Assembly (NCBI GenBank): GCA_044892525.1
Contig: CM097886.1
Span: forward strand, 126,666,124 to 126,730,000
Source of the DNA: Schmidtea polychroa
Lineage: Eukaryota
Length of the DNA: 63,877 bases
Direction: 5' to 3'
Under the pieces are notes generated by a model that ran no database searches, was not told where the DNA came from, and saw nothing but the letters and a program-made list of their open reading frames with translations. This document shows positions 14,142 to 25,094 of this stretch, one piece after another (the first letter of the stretch is position 1; the number at the start of each line of letters is the position of its first letter). The translations under genes were made by a program, and so were the position numbers.

Positions 14142-15879
14142 TCTATTTTCATTACTTGATGAAAAATGTAAAGAAAATTACTAGAAATTAAATAAGGAAA
14201 ATTTTACAAATTTATATTATTTACTATATCCGATAAAACAAAGATTATCATAATAACATTGTTGAAAATATTATTAATGTGCTAAATGTTTTACGATAAA
14301 ATTCTCAATTAAATATATCTTGCTTTAATTTTTAGAATAATTAAAAAAAATTATTTGAATTTGATAAAAATTGTCGTGTTTTAAAGTTTATTTACAACTC
14401 TTTCAAACTTAGAAATATGTTTAATGTAATATAACCATAGTCAATAAATATGAGTAAAAAATTATGTAAATATCAGCATAATAATGCAAAGACAATATGT
14501 GGACAGACATCAAGGGAATGCGAGGGATCTTAGTCTCTGATTTGAAAGGTTCAGTGATAATAAGTGATTTTACTTGCACAACTGGGGCCTGATCTTATCA
14601 TTATTTTGCTCCTAGATAATCTCTATTTCTAGCTGTCTTATTTATATTTTGGTGAGTTACGAGTGGAAAAACTATACTCGATTTGATTTGTCAATACTTT
14701 CAATCCTAGCCCTTTCCCGCCGTAAATACATATAATTATTTAACAGATCGATAAATGTCATCATCACAAGGACTGCTAATGCCATGACACGCCCCTGGGT
14801 TAACGGGTTTACCATGGAAGGTATAGCGCCCTCTCCCCTCCTGTCATTTTTCATTCATTTTAAATCTTTGTCTTCGATTTTTATCTAAGATTTTCGTATC
14901 AATATTTTTGATTAATGAAAAACGAAATTGTATGAATTTGGTTTAATCTGGAACATCCTATGATCATGTATTTGGATTATATCATATTAATTCGTAGTTT
15001 ATCTAATGACTTGACTAATATTGTTAACTAATGTCGTCATATTTTATTTATTCTTCGAATATTTTGATTTCAATCTATTTCGAGTGGACAACACTCTTCT
15101 TGATCGCAAGATAGTAATATTTTTATTAGCCTTCGGTCATTTAATAACTTAAACTAAATTGGATATGAATAAAATGTTTAGTTTGAGAATATAATATAAA
15201 ACAAAATTTATAAAAAAAAGTTATATCAACACAGTATAAGCGTTATAACCATATAATCATATCAAAAATTATAAAAAATGTATTTTTGTTGATTGACTCT
15301 AGACCTCATTGAGTGGATATATATGCTTGTACCAATTTCTTTTTATTGTTGACTGGGTAGGGCTTAGCTGGTTTTCTTAAATTACTGATGTTGTTGGTTG
15401 TTGTTATTAGAGCTTCTAATGCGGGAAATAGTTCTTGTTTTGAATATATCAGAGCTGGTCCGACACCCGCATCCGTGTGTACTTCAGCCCGCATTTTAAT
15501 TATTTTCTGCGCCTATTCTTGAATCGCAATTCTTAAATCTCGCATAACTTCTAGGTCTTCATTGCGAAACTTCCTAAGATCCCTATTAGCTTGTGTAACT
15601 TTTTTAAATAGTCGGGCTGGAACCAAATGGGCTCCATTCGTCTGCAATGCCGGACTTTCGATTCGGATCGTTCCGCCAACCAAGCGCCTTCTTTAAATAG
15701 GCCTAAATCTTCTCGAAATGTTTCCATTTGACCCACTAAGCAATTTATAAAATTATGATAACACTGTGACAATGTTACGTCCACGAATACTGATAGTAAA
15801 TAAACATCACGATGATTAAATGTGGTGGGTTACCTGTGGTAAGCATTTGCATATCGACCATATTGACATTCAAAACAAT

Positions 15880-16969
15880 TGTTGAGGTCTCGATATTCGG
15901 GAACACTCAACTTACTGGTTCTTATATATATAACAAAACAAATAAAGACGTATATAAAGGTTTATTGAAAGTAAAATTTACCAAATATAATCCAATTACA
16001 ATTCTGAACAATCGATACTCGTTTGTTAAATTCTCCAACTGAAATGCGTGCAAAAGAAAGTATGTTTATTGTTATTTGTTGTGTGTGCGTGTTGTGTCTT
16101 CGTAAGCTTTTACTATTTGTGAATCGTTTTGTGCTGATTCAAATGATTGAATTATCCTCAGGATTTACCTTCGAATATAAAATCTTTGCGCTATTTTTGG
16201 GCGACTAAAACTAATTTTTCGTTGCTATTTATATAAAATTTTAGGGCAGCTGTTATTTTATAAATTAATTATTATTATTTTTTATAGTTTAAATAATTAG
16301 TTTTCGTTTTATTTCAAGAGGCACTTATTAATTATTCAATTTTTTCCATACGACTATTATCTTGTTTTGAAGAACACTTATTATTTCTAGAATATTTTTT
16401 CAGCTGATTATGAATAAAATTTTTCAACTGTTTAAAGAATTTATAAAATTTTTTGTTATATTGAATATCGAATTAAAATTAATTAAAATTTATTGTTATC
16501 AAATTAAAATTATTAAAATATTTTTCCCTTGTATATAATTAAGATGTTAACTAATAAAATCTATTAAATACATACACCCGATAAAATATTAACATTCTAC
16601 ATAAATATTCAAACGGAAAATAAGATAAAAATATTCAGACGGAAAATAAGATAAAATATACATATAAATAAGATAAAATATACATGGATTGTCACAATTG
16701 TTAATAAGATAGAATAGTCAATTATATTTACACAATTGTTGATAAGATAGAATATGCATAGTTTGCTCGACGATTTAGTCAGTTTTCAGATTGCTGGGTT
16801 GTCTTTGGGTTGAATTGATTTGCTTGAAATTGGGTTGGAATATTTATTGTTGGAATATTTATCTATCTGCGCTCTTCGGCGTACACATTTACTCTATATT
16901 TTTTGGGCCCTGTCCTGTAGTATTTGTCTAGGGTAAATGTAGTGATGGGCCTACCCTCATCATCTAACA
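15880..16969 (-). repeat. 3' LTR (1090 bp)
   Basis: Direct repeat of 28389-29478; minus strand begins TGTTAG and ends CTCAACA; one mismatch spotted by eye (16223 T vs 28732 C). Confidence 0.97.
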
Positions 16970-19193
16970 TTCCTCCCTGGGCCGTTAAGATAATGTCCGC
17001 ATTATCTCTTATACTGCGTACCAGCTCGATTTCGCTGTCTCTTATCAGCATCCTCGTTTTGTTGAACCCTTTTGCCAATGCGAGATTCAATGTGTCGCCA
17101 TCATTTATACGCCTTCCAAAATGTCGGGTCAATTCCTTTTCTGTAATCTGCTTCTTCTCCTTGGGTATGATAAAATTGGGTTCCTCCTCGATTGCGATAT
17201 CTGGTTCCGGTCCCAATTCGTCTATATCCATATTTTCCTCCTCTTGCTCGTTGATTGAGAAGTATTCCTCATCAGAGTCGAGGTCGCATTCCATTAGTTT
17301 TCCTGGATGGAATTTTGGTTCCTGTAATTCCAGTTTGACTGTTGCTTCAGGTATTCGTATTTTCTCCTCTTCGATGAATATTACGTCGTCATCGCTTTCC
17401 ATTAATTCATTTTCGAAAGTCCTGCGTGTCCCGTCTTTATTAAATTTCAATTCGATTTGCGATGGTTCTATATAAATATCTTCTTCATCGCCCGACATAT
17501 CCTCCAGACTACTTTCTTTAATGGGATATAACTGATCTTTCATTTGTTGTTCACTGAAGGCGCCTGAGTCCCATTTAACAACTTCTTCCCATTGATTTTC
17601 TACGATTGCATATATCACTTTGACGATCATCGTGGTTTGCCATGCTGGAAATGGTTCTGGTTCACGCAGCATTCTATTTATGCGTTTATCTTTGTCCCAC
17701 CTTTTGTGATGTCTGATTACCTGGTATGCCAGGTTGGACAATTTTATCTTGTGTGGCGCAACGTTTTTGACGTACGAGCACATAAATATATCTTCCGACA
17801 TTTCTCTAACTCCCATAACATTATAGAGATCTAATGTGAGAGCTTTGAGTTTTCCAATGATGTCGAATCCTACGACTATTTTTCCGCAAAGTAACTGTTG
17901 GATTTCGACCAGTGCTTCGTATTCATTTTTATTTCCGATGATATTTTCCTTGTTGGCCTTTGTCTTCTCTGGATAATAATGTAGGATTTTCGTTCTAGGT
18001 GTAATTTTCTCATCAAATATTGTTACACCCTTAAAATTCCGTATGCTGACCTCTACTGGCCTTAAGTTATTGTTGATGTCGCATACTAATTTTGCATCTA
18101 AAAACATTATCAGATGATGTCTCTCCGCCGTGGATAATTCTTTGTGGGTAAATGACATTTTTCTTCTGATGAAATCTCCATGCATATAAATGTTTGATTT
18201 AATGAGTTCCAACTGCTGAAATGGATTTGGGATAGTGGGTATGTATAATATTTCGATCGCTATGACACAGGGTAGGCTGTTCATTTGGACTATCAATTCA
18301 TTGTAGTCGTTTGGGACACTCCGATCATTTTTTGTAGTTTTTATTGTTATGGTGCAATTGCTCGTGGTGATCAACGGTATCCTTTGTTGGCATATTGCTA
18401 CCTCTGTTTTTGTGATGTGAAATAAAATTCTATGGGGCACTTTCTTTCCAGCTCTTGCAGCCTCCTCTGCATTGGGGAATTTGTCATACGCTCCGATTAA
18501 TTCTCTTAATTTGACTCTTCTTGCTTCGTTAAATTTGATAAGATGCAATTCCCTTTCTTCTATCTCGATTTTCATATCATTAGGAATGCATACTTGGTTG
18601 GGGAAACTTCTAATAGTAATGGGAGTACCATCTGTGCTGATCTTATTTTGCAGGTTTTTATAGAAACTGTGGTAGTGTTTCTGTAACATCGGCACATATT
18701 GCCTTATTTTCTGAGTTTCAGGATTTCGCTGAGGTTTTGTTCTTTGAGAATGCATGTGAACTGACGTATGTGGGTGCATTGATTTGTTTGAATGAAGACG
18801 ATTGGATTGATTAGATTGGCTGATTTGATTTTGGGTTATTGGAGGATCGATTTGATTAGACTGATTTATTTGGGGATTGATTTGACTGAATTGATTCGAT
18901 AAACTTCTTATTACTATTCTAAAAACAAATAATAAATAATTATGCTTGTTGCGCATTTGAGGTTTAACCTTATACGCAGTTATATAAATATTAATATATA
19001 TACTTTTATTATATATCATTGACCAATTTATGTAATTAAAATTTTTTAAGTTATTATACCAGTGTGGACAGAGTATATTGTCCAGGGATATATTTGTCCA
19101 AGTGAAAATGCCCTGGTGCTTCTTTGACCAGTCGGTGCCGATACCGCTGCCTTTTCCACTTGTACTTTTTATAAACTTGTACACTAGTGACAA
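16863..19193 (-). CDS. Accessory ORF3 with a degenerate REX4/ISG20-like DEDDh exonuclease domain (~17600-18115) and an acidic tail. The track start is TTG; first ATG at ~19019
   Basis: FLDAKLV...VSIRNFKGVTIFDEKITP...LLCGKIVVGFDI...KLSNLAYQVI parallels REX4/ISG20 vAlDCEMV...vSiVn..G.vlyD.yVkP...lkgrIlVGHal...sLk.La. Confidence 0.7.
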   Translation of the reverse strand: MSLVYKFIKSTSGKGSGIGTDWSKKHQGIFTWTNISLDNILCPHWYNNLKNFNYINWSMIYNKSIYINIYITAYKVKPQMRNKHNYLLFVFRIVIRSLSNQFSQINPQINQSNQIDPPITQNQISQSNQSNRLHSNKSMHPHTSVHMHSQRTKPQRNPETQKIRQYVPMLQKHYHSFYKNLQNKISTDGTPITIRSFPNQVCIPNDMKIEIEERELHLIKFNEARRVKLRELIGAYDKFPNAEEAARAGKKVPHRILFHITKTEVAICQQRIPLITTSNCTITIKTTKNDRSVPNDYNELIVQMNSLPCVIAIEILYIPTIPNPFQQLELIKSNIYMHGDFIRRKMSFTHKELSTAERHHLIMFLDAKLVCDINNNLRPVEVSIRNFKGVTIFDEKITPRTKILHYYPEKTKANKENIIGNKNEYEALVEIQQLLCGKIVVGFDIIGKLKALTLDLYNVMGVREMSEDIFMCSYVKNVAPHKIKLSNLAYQVIRHHKRWDKDKRINRMLREPEPFPAWQTTMIVKVIYAIVENQWEEVVKWDSGAFSEQQMKDQLYPIKESSLEDMSGDEEDIYIEPSQIELKFNKDGTRRTFENELMESDDDVIFIEEEKIRIPEATVKLELQEPKFHPGKLMECDLDSDEEYFSINEQEEENMDIDELGPEPDIAIEEEPNFIIPKEKKQITEKELTRHFGRRINDGDTLNLALAKGFNKTRMLIRDSEIELVRSIRDNADIILTAQGGMLDDEGRPITTFTLDKYYRTGPKKYRVNVYAEERR
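16970..16978 (-). promoter_or_regulatory. Polypurine tract
   Basis: Minus strand AGGGAGGAA immediately abuts TGTTAG of the 3' LTR. Confidence 0.85.
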
Positions 19194-22100
19194 TTGCTAA
19201 AATCGCGAATGATACTACACTTGTAGCTATTACATAAAAAGGCCATTGTGGTTTACTTGCTTTCTTTTGAAAGACTTGTAATTCGTTCCAGTTATTTATA
19301 ACTATCGGTTTTCCTGTAGGTAATTTTATCAGTTTCCTATCAGACTGTCTTGGATTTTTCATTATTAATTTTTTATATATTTGTCTAACCGCTTTAAATG
19401 TCGTTTTCCTATATATATTCGTTATCGTTTGTGATATAGGATGTGTGGGTGTTGAATTTATAGTAGTTGTTTTTCTGGTTGTTGATATCTTCTTTCTTTT
19501 TGGTTTTCTTATTCTAAGTCTGTTTATTTTAGTAGTTTTTAGTCTTTTGCACCCTATCTGTGATGTGTCAACTAATGTATTCCATTGTGCACAAAGTGTG
19601 TAATTAGTGTTGGGTTGTAGATTTCCGAATTCAACATTATCCCCTCTTTCAAATTCATTAGTTGATCTATTTTCAATTTTTTTCATAAGTTTGGGTATAT
19701 TATCCCTAGTTTCCAGATACAAGTCTCTTATTGGTGATTTATTTAAGTTATATACTCTAATTTTATATGGTGAAATGTTGATTAAAATATCTTCAGCCAT
19801 GTATTCTACTGAGTGTATGTTCTCGTTTTCTACTTCAGTTGATTTACACAACCCTATAATTGTTAAAAATGTCGCTGCCATCATCAGTGCTTTTTGTGAT
19901 CGTAATCCATATTTGTGAGGTGGTTTTTCTACTAACTCAGTTTCTGCTAATTTGCATCTGTTAACATGTACTATTATAGGATCCTCATTTTTATGTTTTT
20001 GTAAATGCAGGTTTTCATGTATTACTTTTACTACCTCGTATGGTCCTTTAAATGGTCTTGCTAATTTAGTTGTTTTGCCTTTTCCTACTTGTGGAGACAT
20101 AAGTCTAACCTTATCTCCCACTTTAAAATTATGAGGTTTGCTATTTTTATCGTAATCTGCTTTATATTGTTCTTGTCTGAATTTAACTTTTAAATTTGCA
20201 ACCTTGTATACCTCTTGTAATCTCTCTTGCATTAATGTTACATAATCTGGCGCATCTAAATATTGTGATACTCGAGGCTCAAAAATTGTATCAATCGGTG
20301 TCGCAGGCTCTCTTAAGAACATTAGAAAATATGGTGAATATCCCGTTGTCTCATTTGGTGTGATATTATGGATGTATGTACATTGATTAACGTATTCATC
20401 CCAATCATTTTGGTTTTTTCCCACAAACACAGCTAATCTACTTAGCAATGTCCCATTGAATCTCTCTACTAAACCATCGGTCTGAGGGTGGTATGCTGTT
20501 GTATTGATTTTATGCATGTTAAATATGTTAGCTACTCTTTTTATAGTTTCACTCATGAAATTTTTCCCTTTATCTGTTAATAATTTTCTTGGTGTACCGA
20601 TTTTAAAGATTATTTTTTCCACAAGTAATTTAGCTACTGTTTCTGCTGTTTCATCTTTTGTAGGAAATGCCTCTGCCCATTTTGTAAAATAATCGCTAAA
20701 AACTAGTATGTGCTTATTCCCCTTAATTGTTGTGGGTAGTTTACACAAAAAATCCATTGCGCACAATTCCATTGGTGATGTTGTGGCTGGGATTGGATGT
20801 AAAGGTGCTTTAGTTTTTGTTCCTGTATTTTTTCTAGTTGCGCATATTGTGCATGCATTACACCATCTCTTGACATCCTTTTTCAAATCGTCCCAATAAT
20901 ATTTTTGCATCAATCTGCTTGCTGTTTTCCTACTTGATAAATGACCTCCTAAAGCACCATCGTGGTATTGTAACAGAAGAATTTGTCTTAATCTTTGTGG
21001 TACTACTATTAATTGTTTACCGCTAAAATCCTCAATAACAATTAACTTCTTACAGATTTTATACTTTTGGTTAGTTCCCTTTTTTATTTCTTCTCTTATC
21101 TTGAAGAGTTCTGGATCTTTCATTTGTTCCTCATATATTTCTATTGGTTTTTCGGTTACTAATGCAAAAACTTCTAGTGCTCCTAACTCTGGAATTCGTG
21201 ATAATGCATCTGCATTCCTGTTTATTCTACCTGGTTTATATGCAATCTTTATGTGCATGTCTTGTATTTTCATTGCCCATTTTAACAGTCTACTGGATGT
21301 ATCTTTATGTTTCCATAACCCTTCTAATGGCTTATGGTCTGTTCTAATTACTACTTCAGTTCCATATATGTATGGTTTAAATTGTTTTAATGCAAAAACT
21401 ATAGCATAACATTCTTTCTCAATTGTTGAGTACCTAATCTGTGCTCCTTTTAATGTTTTGCTTGCATAAGCTATTACATAATCTTTACCCTTTTCCTCTT
21501 CTTGTCCTAAGACTGCCCCTACGGCCTTCCCGCTGGCGTCTGTCATGACAATAAACTGTTTTTTAAAGTCTGGGTATCTTAGTATCGGTGCTGTTATTAA
21601 TTTTTCTTTTAGTTGATCAAAAGCTTTTTGATGTTCATCTTTCCATTTCTTTTGTGGCTTGTTAATTTTATCGTTAATTTCCTGCACTATTAACACTCCT
21701 TTACTCTCTCCCTTTGTTTTGACTCCTTTTGTTAATTCAATTAGTGGTGCTGCTATTTTTGCATAATCTTGTATGAATTTACGATAATATCCTGTGAGAC
21801 CTAAAAATCCCTGTACTTGTTGTAATGTTTTTGGAACTGGGAATTTTTTAACTACTTCAATTTTATCGGGATTAGGTATTATACCATCTACTGTAACTAT
21901 ATGTCCCAAGAATAATGCTGAGGGTTCTGCCCATTTACACTTAGTGGGTTTTATTTTGATTTTTGCTTTTCTTAATCTTTCTAGTACGTTAGCTATATCT
22001 TTTAGATGTTCCTCAAATGTTTTTGATGAAATTAATATATCATCCATGTATACTGCGCAATGTTGTACGTCTACTAATACTGTATTCATTAAACGTTGAA

Positions 22101-24696
22101 ATGTTGCTGGCGCATTAGTTAACCCAAAAGGTAATCTTGTATATTCATATAAACCGTCTTCTATCACAAAAGCTGTCTTTTCCGCATCCCCCTCTTCCAT
22201 TTGAATTTGCATGTAGCCTTTATTTGCATCTATTACTGTGAAATATTTAGTATCTCTAAGTTTATCATATTGTTCTTGTGCTTTTGGGAATGGGTATGAG
22301 TCTTTTACTGTTACATCATTTAATTTACGATAATCAATGCACATTCGAATTTCCCCGTCTTTCTTTCTAACTGGTACGATAGGTGATGCCCATTGTGAAA
22401 AACTTTGTTTTATTACGCCTGCCTCTTTTAATTCTTTAATTTGTCGTTTTATTTCCTCCCTCAGTTTATATGGTACACTATAGGGTCTCTGTTTTATTGG
22501 TCTAGCATTCCCTGTATCGATTACATGTTTGATAATGTCAGTATCTCCTAAATCAGATTCGTGTTTTGCAAAAACATCACTGTATTCGTCAAGTAATATT
22601 TGTAGTTGTAGTTGTTGTGTTTCGTTTAGATAATTATTATTTATTTTAATTTTATCATAAAATTTGATATTATTCGCTCTACTCTGTTCGACCATTCTTT
22701 CACTGACATCCTTCGTCATCGACATCTCACATACTTCAAATGTTTGCTCTAATTCACCTTTGAACAACTTTCCCAATTTTGTACCTTTATGAATTTTTAC
22801 TTTATTTCTTTCGTAATTCGCGATTCTTATTGGAATTATCCCATTATTTGGAATTACACACTCGTCTGTTAACATTACGTTATGATTTCGTGATATTGCC
22901 GTTTCAGGCTCGAAAATGAAAGTGTCCTCACTTTTAACATTAACTTTTACTGGAATTATATGATCACTTTGATACTCTAGTTCAAATGTCTCTAATGCAA
23001 TTACCTCAGTAAATCTTGCGTCTTGATATATTGCCTTCCGTTTGACTGTACTATCCGTTAAATCGATTACACAGTTTTTTAACTTTTTGAGTATGTCCAT
23101 CCCAAGGACACATACGCATTTACATTCTGCTACTACCTTGAAGACATGTTCAACCACTTGATCCGAAAAGTGGACTGTTAATTCGATATCTCCTTTTAAT
23201 GGTATGTAATGTGATGATAATGAAATTACTCTATCTCTTGTGCTCACGATATTTTTCCTTTGGTTTCCGGTTAACTGATCTTCACGAATCATAGAAGCTG
23301 CTGCTCCTGTGTCACATAATGCCTTTATTATCGTATCATTTATCACTATTTGTAATTTAGGCCTTACTTCATTTAACCCTTCTAATATATCGTCAAGTTC
23401 TAACCCGTAACATCCATAAGTTTTCCTTGGAACACCATGACAATTACCATTTTCACCTGGGATTCTTATTTCAATATTATTTCTCAATTCTGTCAATTGT
23501 TCTCTTTGATTATCATATAACCCAATATGTGGTTGCTCAATATTTTCTGATCTGTTTGTATCGTCCTCTTTTTCATTGGTGATCATTATTTCACCCTCTT
23601 CCCTTCGACTTTTCATCCGCTTGATTTCCTTATCGTGCCTCGCAGTGATCAAATATTTGGCTATGAATGGACATAAACATGCTACCATTTTATATGAATT
23701 ACCAAAGACTTGTCTCAGTTGTCTTAACGAAACTAATGATGAGCAAATCATTTTCAATAGTGCTACTGTATAATATATGCCCAGTATAGTGGAAAATGTG
23801 TTACCGAGAATCGCAAAATATCCCCATATGCTGTATAATACTCTATACACAACTTTCCTGAAGTGCTCTTTTGATAATAATACATCAAAGTTGTAATTCC
23901 CTCCATAACTATTTTCGATGATTTTGTTTACCATGATAGAAAGAACTTTTTCTTTTTCATGAGGAAATAACATATGTTTTCTGGCGCTCTCTATCGCCTC
24001 TCTCGTATACATCCCATTGTTATCCATTTCGTTGACTTCCTGAAATTCTAACTTTTTCTCAAGTTCAGTTAGTTCTAGTTTTTGTGGTTTAGTCGCTTCT
24101 TTTCTATCTGACATTGTAATCCACATATCATCATTTATTTTGTATAATGGATCTAATAGATTAGTACATTTATCAATTTTTCTCGGAACATAGTCTTTAT
24201 CTGTTAATATCCTTATTATTGGTTGGAGGTATACAGTTTCTCCTTTATACACTACTGGCAATTCGTTTGTGCACTTATTATTCGTTGCTAACGATACGCT
24301 AACCGGTTTACACTGAAATGTTTGTATTACTTTGCCGACAACTCTTGCAAATGTCCCTTTTTCTGCAAATAAAATTGGTGCCATTAAATCTGGGTTTGTG
24401 ACTGCAACCGCCATCTTTGTTCTTAAAATTTCTCTGTTAAATTTACAATCGTTTGCAATAGTTGCTTGATATACTTTGTCCAATTGTACTAACTGATGAT
24501 GATAAAAGTAGTCGATTTTATTATTAAAATATGACGCTAGCTTGACATCGAATTTATCTATTCTTGATTTTGCCTCTTTAATTTCACTTCCGCTGATATA
24601 AATTCCCTCGTAATTTGTTTGTATGACTGCCTTACCACATTTAATACTTTCACCTTTTCCCACAAACCTCATCGCCTCTGTTTTAGAATCTGACAT
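19054..24696 (-). CDS. pol: Polyprotein: glycoprotein C-terminal half + TM, then PR, RT, RNase H, integrase (GPY/F), then a second signal peptide, ectodomain and TM
   Basis: 1880-aa ORF; LCDTGA (23305-23313), CIDYRKLN, YMDD (22039-22050), TDASG, HHCC, MDF/TDKG/VERFN, RPFKGPY; hydrophobic stretches flank the enzymatic core. Confidence 0.95.
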   Translation of the reverse strand: MSDSKTEAMRFVGKGESIKCGKAVIQTNYEGIYISGSEIKEAKSRIDKFDVKLASYFNNKIDYFYHHQLVQLDKVYQATIANDCKFNREILRTKMAVAVTNPDLMAPILFAEKGTFARVVGKVIQTFQCKPVSVSLATNNKCTNELPVVYKGETVYLQPIIRILTDKDYVPRKIDKCTNLLDPLYKINDDMWITMSDRKEATKPQKLELTELEKKLEFQEVNEMDNNGMYTREAIESARKHMLFPHEKEKVLSIMVNKIIENSYGGNYNFDVLLSKEHFRKVVYRVLYSIWGYFAILGNTFSTILGIYYTVALLKMICSSLVSLRQLRQVFGNSYKMVACLCPFIAKYLITARHDKEIKRMKSRREEGEIMITNEKEDDTNRSENIEQPHIGLYDNQREQLTELRNNIEIRIPGENGNCHGVPRKTYGCYGLELDDILEGLNEVRPKLQIVINDTIIKALCDTGAAASMIREDQLTGNQRKNIVSTRDRVISLSSHYIPLKGDIELTVHFSDQVVEHVFKVVAECKCVCVLGMDILKKLKNCVIDLTDSTVKRKAIYQDARFTEVIALETFELEYQSDHIIPVKVNVKSEDTFIFEPETAISRNHNVMLTDECVIPNNGIIPIRIANYERNKVKIHKGTKLGKLFKGELEQTFEVCEMSMTKDVSERMVEQSRANNIKFYDKIKINNNYLNETQQLQLQILLDEYSDVFAKHESDLGDTDIIKHVIDTGNARPIKQRPYSVPYKLREEIKRQIKELKEAGVIKQSFSQWASPIVPVRKKDGEIRMCIDYRKLNDVTVKDSYPFPKAQEQYDKLRDTKYFTVIDANKGYMQIQMEEGDAEKTAFVIEDGLYEYTRLPFGLTNAPATFQRLMNTVLVDVQHCAVYMDDILISSKTFEEHLKDIANVLERLRKAKIKIKPTKCKWAEPSALFLGHIVTVDGIIPNPDKIEVVKKFPVPKTLQQVQGFLGLTGYYRKFIQDYAKIAAPLIELTKGVKTKGESKGVLIVQEINDKINKPQKKWKDEHQKAFDQLKEKLITAPILRYPDFKKQFIVMTDASGKAVGAVLGQEEEKGKDYVIAYASKTLKGAQIRYSTIEKECYAIVFALKQFKPYIYGTEVVIRTDHKPLEGLWKHKDTSSRLLKWAMKIQDMHIKIAYKPGRINRNADALSRIPELGALEVFALVTEKPIEIYEEQMKDPELFKIREEIKKGTNQKYKICKKLIVIEDFSGKQLIVVPQRLRQILLLQYHDGALGGHLSSRKTASRLMQKYYWDDLKKDVKRWCNACTICATRKNTGTKTKAPLHPIPATTSPMELCAMDFLCKLPTTIKGNKHILVFSDYFTKWAEAFPTKDETAETVAKLLVEKIIFKIGTPRKLLTDKGKNFMSETIKRVANIFNMHKINTTAYHPQTDGLVERFNGTLLSRLAVFVGKNQNDWDEYVNQCTYIHNITPNETTGYSPYFLMFLREPATPIDTIFEPRVSQYLDAPDYVTLMQERLQEVYKVANLKVKFRQEQYKADYDKNSKPHNFKVGDKVRLMSPQVGKGKTTKLARPFKGPYEVVKVIHENLHLQKHKNEDPIIVHVNRCKLAETELVEKPPHKYGLRSQKALMMAATFLTIIGLCKSTEVENENIHSVEYMAEDILINISPYKIRVYNLNKSPIRDLYLETRDNIPKLMKKIENRSTNEFERGDNVEFGNLQPNTNYTLCAQWNTLVDTSQIGCKRLKTTKINRLRIRKPKRKKISTTRKTTTINSTPTHPISQTITNIYRKTTFKAVRQIYKKLIMKNPRQSDRKLIKLPTGKPIVINNWNELQVFQKKASKPQWPFYVIATSVVSFAILAIVTSVQVYKKYKWKRQRYRHRLVKEAPGHFHLDKYIPGQYTLSTLV

Positions 24697-25094
24697 GTAT
24701 ATTGTTGAATTATCGTTGCTCGTCGTTTTTGGTCTTTGATATTCTTGGAATCTACATCCGTGAACTGTTTACATCGTATCGTTCTGAATTTCAGTGTCTT
24801 TAGTTTAGTTAGATGGCATTCGTATTTATTTACCTTGTATATGATCATTGACTCACCTGTATCGCAGCTTGTCTCATCTAATGTACAGAACTTATGTGTC
24901 ATCATTTTCTTTGATGAACTATCAAATGACGCCTTGAATTTCCTTAATTCAATATAATATTGTCATCTTACTACAATATTGTCTGCCACGTGCCCCCATA
25001 TTTTATATGTTCCTCCTTCACAATATCCTCCTATTGATGACCATCCAACGACATTTACTAATTGCCTTACTCGTGCTCCTACCTGAGCATTTAA
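24669..25094 (-). pseudogene. Disrupted middle part of the glycoprotein ectodomain
   Basis: The gag frame continues past TAG (25095) and TGA (~24957) as LNAQVG...GGYCEGGTY...VVR*QYYIEL...FCTLDETSCDTG, then shifts frame into the pol ORF near 24770. Confidence 0.85.

Noticed and set aside
15812-16208. Small ORFs in the LTRs (duplicated at 28357-28717)
   Set aside because: Short, using non-ATG or weak starts, and duplicated only because they lie in the LTRs.
16924-17475. 183-aa plus-strand ORF, and other antisense ORFs over gag/pol and PES1
   Set aside because: These are shadow ORFs opposite real coding sequence; Ser/Ile/Leu-rich with no motifs.
24700-24780. Programmed -1 frameshift at the gag/pol frame change
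   Set aside because: There is no canonical X XXY YYZ heptamer (best is C CAA AAA). The shift falls inside the ectodomain and is explained by a ~14-bp insertion.
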